The notes beneath the pieces are model-generated. The model had not been told where the DNA came from, ran no database searches, and saw only the letters and a program-made list of their open reading frames with translations. From positions 18,712 through 82,711 of the forward strand of contig CAZBKZ010000006.1 in NCBI GenBank assembly GCA_964492615.1: DNA of 64,000 nucleotides, read 5' to 3'. The translations under genes were made by a program, and so were the position numbers. Each line of letters opens with the position of its first letter. Position 1 is the stretch's first letter. The DNA is from an uncultured Syntrophomonadaceae bacterium. GTDB taxonomy: Bacteria > Bacillota > Dethiobacteria > DTU022. This document shows, in pieces, positions 59,663 to 64,000 of this stretch.

Positions 59663-60883
59663 CTAACTACGGTAATTACTGTTGATGCTGATATATTCAT
59701 GGCTTAAATCTGTGCCCCAGGCTTTAACCTCGGCCGGACCAATTTTCAGGTCTATTACTACCGATATATCTCTCATCTCCAGTACTTTTTTCATTTTATC
59801 TTCGTCAAACGGAACAGCCCCGCCATTCTGGGCTACCTGGTAGGGACCAATATAAATATCAACTGTATTAGGATCAAACGGAACTCCGGCATAACCGAGA
59901 GCAGCGATTATCCTGCCCCAGTTTGCATCTTCACCGTAAAATGCCGTTTTTACCAGGGGGGAATTAAGCACTGAGCGGGCCATTACCCGGGCCCCGGCCT
60001 GGTCGGCCGCTCCCCTTATTTTCAGGGTAATCAGCTTGGTCAGCCCTTCACCATCTTCGACTATCTGCATGGCCAGTTCGCGGCAGACCATGCCCAGCAT
60101 TTTGCGGAATGGTTCGTAAAAAACACTCTCCTCACAAACTTCCACGCCTTCAGCCGCCCCGTTAGCAATAACCATAGCTGTATCATTGGTTGAAGTGTCT
60201 CCATCTACGGTTATTACATTAAACGATTGATCGGCAGCCTCGCTAAATAGTTTTTGCAGCAGTTCACGCTCAATCCTGACATCGGTTACAAGAAATCCGA
60301 GCATAGTAGCCATATTGGGGCAAATCATTCCCGAGCCCTTGGCCATGCCCCCGATAGTAAATTCGCCTTCCGGCAGTGTGCAGCGGTATGCGGAAAGCTT
60401 AATTTTGGTATCGGTAGTCAGTATTGCTTCCGCTGCATCCCGGTCAGCTGCCGGCCCTTCATTTAAAACATGGACTATTGCCGCCAGACCCTTGTTGATT
60501 ATATTCATCGGCATCGGTTCACCTATAACTCCTGTTGAACAAACCATAACCTGGCCGTCCTCCACGCCCAAGGCGCCTCCGGTATTAGCCGCCATAACGT
60601 GGGCATCACGCATACCCTTATCACCCGTGCAGGCATTGGCATTGCCGCTGTTGATAACTATCGCCCTAATAGGGTTCTCCAGGTGATTCCGGCATAAATT
60701 CACCGGAGCAGCCTTAACCTGGTTACTGGTGAAAACTGCCGCTGCAACTGCATCATATTCGCTGTAAATAAGGGCAAGATCTTTTTTATCGCGCTTGATA
60801 CCGCAGGCGATCCCGGCCGCTTTATAACCACGGGCAGCAGTCACACCCCTGTTATCAAGTTTTGTCAGATTAACCTCTTTCAC
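59663..60883 (-). CDS. argJ: Bifunctional ornithine acetyltransferase / N-acetylglutamate synthase
   Basis: ATMLGF autoprocessing site. Confidence 0.85.
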   Translation of the reverse strand: MKEVNLTKLDNRGVTAARGYKAAGIACGIKRDKKDLALIYSEYDAVAAAVFTSNQVKAAPVNLCRNHLENPIRAIVINSGNANACTGDKGMRDAHVMAANTGGALGVEDGQVMVCSTGVIGEPMPMNIINKGLAAIVHVLNEGPAADRDAAEAILTTDTKIKLSAYRCTLPEGEFTIGGMAKGSGMICPNMATMLGFLVTDVRIERELLQKLFSEAADQSFNVITVDGDTSTNDTAMVIANGAAEGVEVCEESVFYEPFRKMLGMVCRELAMQIVEDGEGLTKLITLKIRGAADQAGARVMARSVLNSPLVKTAFYGEDANWGRIIAALGYAGVPFDPNTVDIYIGPYQVAQNGGAVPFDEDKMKKVLEMRDISVVIDLKIGPAEVKAWGTDLSHEYISINSNYRS

Positions 60884-60922
60884 GAAAACACCTCCGGCAT
60901 AAATAAAATAAATATAAAACAG

Positions 60923-61957
60923 TTAAAGGGCCAGCTGGCCCAGCCCTGCCTCCTGGGGCAGACCAAGCATGACATTCATGTTCTGCACAGCCTGTCCGGA
61001 CGCTCCCTTAACCAGGTTATCAATAGCTGAAATTAGAATAACCCGATTTGTGCGTTCATCGTATTTCAGAGCAAGATCACAAAAATTAGTTCCCCGCACC
61101 ATGCGGGTTTCAGGCAGCATAACGCCGCTTAAAACGCGAACAAACGGACAATTTTTATAAAAATCTTCATAAAGCTCAAGTAGAACTTTTTCATTTATAT
61201 CCCCGCCCGGTTCGCAATAAATTGTACTAAGGATTCCCCGGACCATCGGTACCAGGTGCGGCGTAAAAGTAACCTTCAAATTTTCACCGGCTATACGGCC
61301 CAGTTCCTGTTCAATTTCTGCTGTGTGCTGGTGGCTGGCTACCCGGTAAGCCTTGAAGTTTTCCGTGCAATCAGGAAAATGAAAAGCCTGCTTCGGACTT
61401 CTTCCAGCCCCGGATACTCCCGACTTCGAATCTATAATGATTGAACCGGTCTTGATTGCTTTTTCCCTGAGCAGGGGAGCCAGGGCAAGCAAAATACTGG
61501 TCGGGTAACATCCCGGGTTGGCAATAAAAGAGGAACCGCTGATTTCAGCGCTGTAAAGCTCAGGCAGGCCGTAAACAGCCCTGCCTAAAAGATTGACAGC
61601 AGGGTGAACGAGATTATACCAGGTTAGGTAAAGCGCTTTGTCAAGGAGCCTGAAATCGGCGCTCAAGTCGATTATTTTATATCCGGAGTCGAGAAGCTCT
61701 GAAACAACCGGGGCTGATTTTCCATGGGGCAGTGCACAGAAGACTATATCAATATCTTCAGGAATCTGGTCTGCCTTCATCTGCTGCAGTTTCAGGTCAA
61801 CCTGTCCGTAAAACTGGGGGTGCACCTCGCTATAACTCTTACCGGCACTACTGCCCGAGCTTAAAAATACAGGGTCCGCGCCAGGATGACCGTTTAGTAA
61901 ACGAACAAGCTCAACACCTGTATAACCGGTTGCCCCTAAAACTGCTGCCTTAATCAT
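60923..61957 (-). CDS. argC: N-acetyl-gamma-glutamyl-phosphate reductase
   Basis: MIKAAVLGATGYTGVEL N-terminus. The ATG at 61957 is preceded by GGAGGG. The upstream track extension covers the T-box leader. Confidence 0.8.
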   Translation of the reverse strand: MIKAAVLGATGYTGVELVRLLNGHPGADPVFLSSGSSAGKSYSEVHPQFYGQVDLKLQQMKADQIPEDIDIVFCALPHGKSAPVVSELLDSGYKIIDLSADFRLLDKALYLTWYNLVHPAVNLLGRAVYGLPELYSAEISGSSFIANPGCYPTSILLALAPLLREKAIKTGSIIIDSKSGVSGAGRSPKQAFHFPDCTENFKAYRVASHQHTAEIEQELGRIAGENLKVTFTPHLVPMVRGILSTIYCEPGGDINEKVLLELYEDFYKNCPFVRVLSGVMLPETRMVRGTNFCDLALKYDERTNRVILISAIDNLVKGASGQAVQNMNVMLGLPQEAGLGQLAL

Positions 61958-61969
61958 CAGTAATTCCCT

Positions 61970-62250
61970 CCAAAATAAATTAAGCCCTTCGTCCTTTAAA
62001 GGACGAAGGGCTCGCGGTACCACCTTTATTGATCGGCAAACATGTGCCGACCCTCTTAAACCGTTTTCACAGAAAACGGCCTTGATAACGGTATAAAACC
62101 GGGCCAGCCTACACACCGGTGTTGCACCGGCTTCAACCGCCACCTCCGGGGTGCGCTTCACCGCCTGCTTCAGGTCCGGACTTTCACCAACTCCGGCTCG
62201 CTGCCACCACCACAGAACGGATACTCTCCCCATCACGGGTTTTACAATAT
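61970..62250 (-). ncRNA. T-box riboswitch leader of the arg operon (terminator palindrome 61984-62011)
   Basis: On the minus strand: GGGGAGAGTAT stem-I K-turn region, T-box AATAAAGGTGGTACCGCG, and terminator GCCCTTCGTCC-TTTAAA-GGACGAAGGGC followed by TTAATTTATTTT. Confidence 0.65.
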
Positions 62251-62258
62251 TGTTTAAA

Positions 62259-62286
62259 ATTTTAACACACGCTGACGATATGTCAA
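62259..62286 (-). promoter_or_regulatory. Sigma-A promoter of the arg T-box leader, with an A-rich UP-like element
   Basis: On the minus strand, TTGACA, 16 nt, TAAAAT, with AAAAAATAAAAAAATAAAA upstream. Confidence 0.5.
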
Positions 62287-62307
62287 TAGGTTTTTTATTT
62301 TTTTATT

Positions 62308-63870
62308 TTATAACGGGATATTCCCGTGTTTACGCATCAGACGCTGTTCCTGCTTGTTGGCAGCCATATCAAGGCCCCTGATAATAAAGTCTCGCGTATC
62401 GCGAGGATCAATAACCTCATCAATCCAGCCCCTGGCCGCGGCAATATACGGGTTAGCATACTTTTCCCGGTAATTCTCTACCAGTTCTGTACGTTTTGCA
62501 TTTTTATCCCCGGCTTCCTCAATATCACGCCTGTTAACAATATTAACCGCGCCTTCGGGGCCCATTACCGCAATTTCCGCTGTCGGCCAGGCAAGACAGA
62601 AATCTGCACCGAGCGAGCGTGAATCCATGGCTATGTAGGCGCCTCCATAAGCTTTGCGCAGGATAACCGATACCTGGGGTACAGTAGCCTCAGAATAGGC
62701 ATAAAGCAGTTTAGCCCCATGACGAATAATACCACCCCATTCCTGTTCAACCCCGGGCAGGTAGCCGGGAACATCAACAAAAGTAACCAGGGGCAGGTTA
62801 AAACTGTCGCAGAAACGGACAAAACGGGCAATTTTATCAGAAGAATTTATATCCAGGCAGCCTGCTTTAACCTGGGGCTGGTTGGCTATTACACCTACCG
62901 CTTTTCCATTCATACGGGCAAAACCAATAACAGCATTTTGCGCATACCCGGCATGCACTTCAAAAAGTTCGCTGCCGTCAACCACCCTTTTGATTACTTC
63001 CCGCACATCGTATGACTTGTTCGGGTTGGCTGGAATCAAGGTGATTAAATCATCCTGGTTCAGTTCGGGTTCGCGCGGTTCGGCTGCCGGCGGATCGTCA
63101 ATATTATTGGAGGGCAGGAAGCTGAGAAGTTTGCGGATCTGGCCGAAACAATCCTGCTCATTCTCGGCAAAAAAGTGGGCTACTCCGCTGGTATTGTTGT
63201 GAGCTGCCGCTCCACCCAGTTCTTCGGCTGAAACAGTCTCTCCTGTTACCGCTTTAATTACCTGCGGGCCGGTAATAAACATATTACCGATACCGCTGAC
63301 CATGAAAACAAAATCGGTAATAGCCGGTGAATAAACCGCCCCCCCGGCGCAGGGACCCATGATCACAGAAAGCTGGGGAATAACACCCGAGCATAAAGTA
63401 TTACGGAAAAATATATCGCCATAACCATCCAGGGCATATACCCCTTCCTGGATGCGGGCGCCGCCTGAATCATTAAGCCCGATTACCGGGGCACCGTTCT
63501 GTGCTGCCAGATCCAGTACACGGCATATTTTTGCAGCATGCGCTTCGCCAAGCGACCCGCCGGCCACTGTAAAGTCCTGGGCAAAAACAAAAATTTTCCG
63601 GCCTTCTACAGTGCCATATCCTGTCACCACACCTTCACCGGGGTTGGGATAGTCAAGACTGCTGGCATCTTCAAGGCCTTTCTGGGTAAATGTTCCCACC
63701 TCTACAAAGCTGCCCTTGTCCAGAAGGCATTCCAGCCTTTCCCTTGCTGTCATCTTACCTTTCTCGTATTGATCGGCTATGCGCTTTTCACCACCTCCGG
63801 CAAGAGTTCGGCGCCTTCTTTCTTCAAGGTGCTTCATCTTTTCTTCCATATCGTTCACCACTTTCTGCAA
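62308..63870 (-). CDS. Methylmalonyl-CoA carboxyltransferase (acyl-CoA carboxylase CT subunit, MmdA/PccB-like)
   Basis: 520 aa with carboxyltransferase N- and C-domains (ERLECLLDKGSFVEVG). Confidence 0.8.
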   Translation of the reverse strand: MQKVVNDMEEKMKHLEERRRRTLAGGGEKRIADQYEKGKMTARERLECLLDKGSFVEVGTFTQKGLEDASSLDYPNPGEGVVTGYGTVEGRKIFVFAQDFTVAGGSLGEAHAAKICRVLDLAAQNGAPVIGLNDSGGARIQEGVYALDGYGDIFFRNTLCSGVIPQLSVIMGPCAGGAVYSPAITDFVFMVSGIGNMFITGPQVIKAVTGETVSAEELGGAAAHNNTSGVAHFFAENEQDCFGQIRKLLSFLPSNNIDDPPAAEPREPELNQDDLITLIPANPNKSYDVREVIKRVVDGSELFEVHAGYAQNAVIGFARMNGKAVGVIANQPQVKAGCLDINSSDKIARFVRFCDSFNLPLVTFVDVPGYLPGVEQEWGGIIRHGAKLLYAYSEATVPQVSVILRKAYGGAYIAMDSRSLGADFCLAWPTAEIAVMGPEGAVNIVNRRDIEEAGDKNAKRTELVENYREKYANPYIAAARGWIDEVIDPRDTRDFIIRGLDMAANKQEQRLMRKHGNIPL

Positions 63871-63900
63871 TTATTAACTAAAGATACAACATATTGTTCT

Positions 63901-64000
63901 ATAATACTATTCGCGTTCGCAAAGCTCAACCAGGACTCCGCCGGTTGATTTGGGATGGAGAAAGGCAATTCTTGCTCCCCCGGCCCCGTAGCGTGGTTTT
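63901..64000 (-). CDS. Methylmalonyl-CoA epimerase, C-terminal fragment (gene continues beyond the window)
   Basis: The minus-strand frame ends ...[30 protein letters not shown]. Confidence 0.5.

Noticed and set aside
61958-62236. 93-aa N-terminal extension of argC
   Set aside because: Covers the T-box leader. The conserved ArgC N-terminus MIKAAVLGATGYTG with GGAGGG upstream starts at 61957.
62311-62327. Palindrome ACGGGAATATCCCGT at the 3' end of the carboxyltransferase gene as a terminator
   Set aside because: No U-run follows on the minus strand; an A-run follows instead. It overlaps the last codons, so it is probably just coding sequence. The A-rich tract is better explained as the UP element of the arg promoter.

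Overview
The window is 64 kb of what looks like a core chromosome from an anaerobic Firmicute; Clostridia/Peptococcaceae is an inference from gene content only. It is almost fully coding and contains no CRISPR arrays, IS elements or prophage; the only mobile element is an intein. Contents in order, with (-) or (+) giving strand (a parenthesised strand after a list applies to every gene in it):
- rnfD and rnfC (-).
- A selenocysteine formate dehydrogenase operon fdhE-fdhA(UGA)-fdhB (-). The six-frame track splits fdhA into two ORFs at the Sec codon.
- A tandem-rhodanese lipoprotein (-).
- An 11-heme cytochrome c (-) interrupted by an in-frame TGA.
- A complete System-I cytochrome c maturation cluster ccmABCDEF (-), including a ccmD missing from the ORF track and a CxxxY-type CcmE.
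- A divergent LysR regulator (+).
- A YeeE/YedE plus TusA pair (-).
- tRNA-Arg (+).
- An MFS transporter (+), rsmD (+), hisC (-).
- A T-box leader followed by an aminotransferase gene (+).
- hisH-hisF-pdxS-pdxT (+).
- guaA (-).
- A 9-kb, seven-gene Ser/Thr phospho-signalling island (-): two paralogous Hanks kinases, two PP2C phosphatases, three FHA proteins and an Ig-like membrane protein.
- glnA (+) with a sigma-A promoter and leader attenuator, followed by an ANTAR-domain regulator gene (+).
- pyrG (-), an FmdB zinc-ribbon gene (-) and a 30-aa ultra-basic sORF (-).
- nrdJ (+) carrying a LAGLIDADG intein at the active-site NPCGE.
- A DUF5050-repeat lipoprotein (+).
- A five-tRNA operon (-), Asp-Phe-Gly-Cys-Leu.
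- rex, a polyprenyl synthase, a methyltransferase, a DUF503 protein and a two-component system (-).
- A DUF456 protein (+) and fadD (+).
- A T-box-controlled argC-J-B-D-G-H operon (-), where argH appears to start at CTG.
- A methylmalonyl-CoA carboxyltransferase (-) and the end of an epimerase (-).
The observations most worth follow-up are the recoded or Sec-containing multiheme cytochrome, the kinase/FHA/PP2C/protease island, and the regulatory RNAs (two T-boxes and the glnA attenuator).
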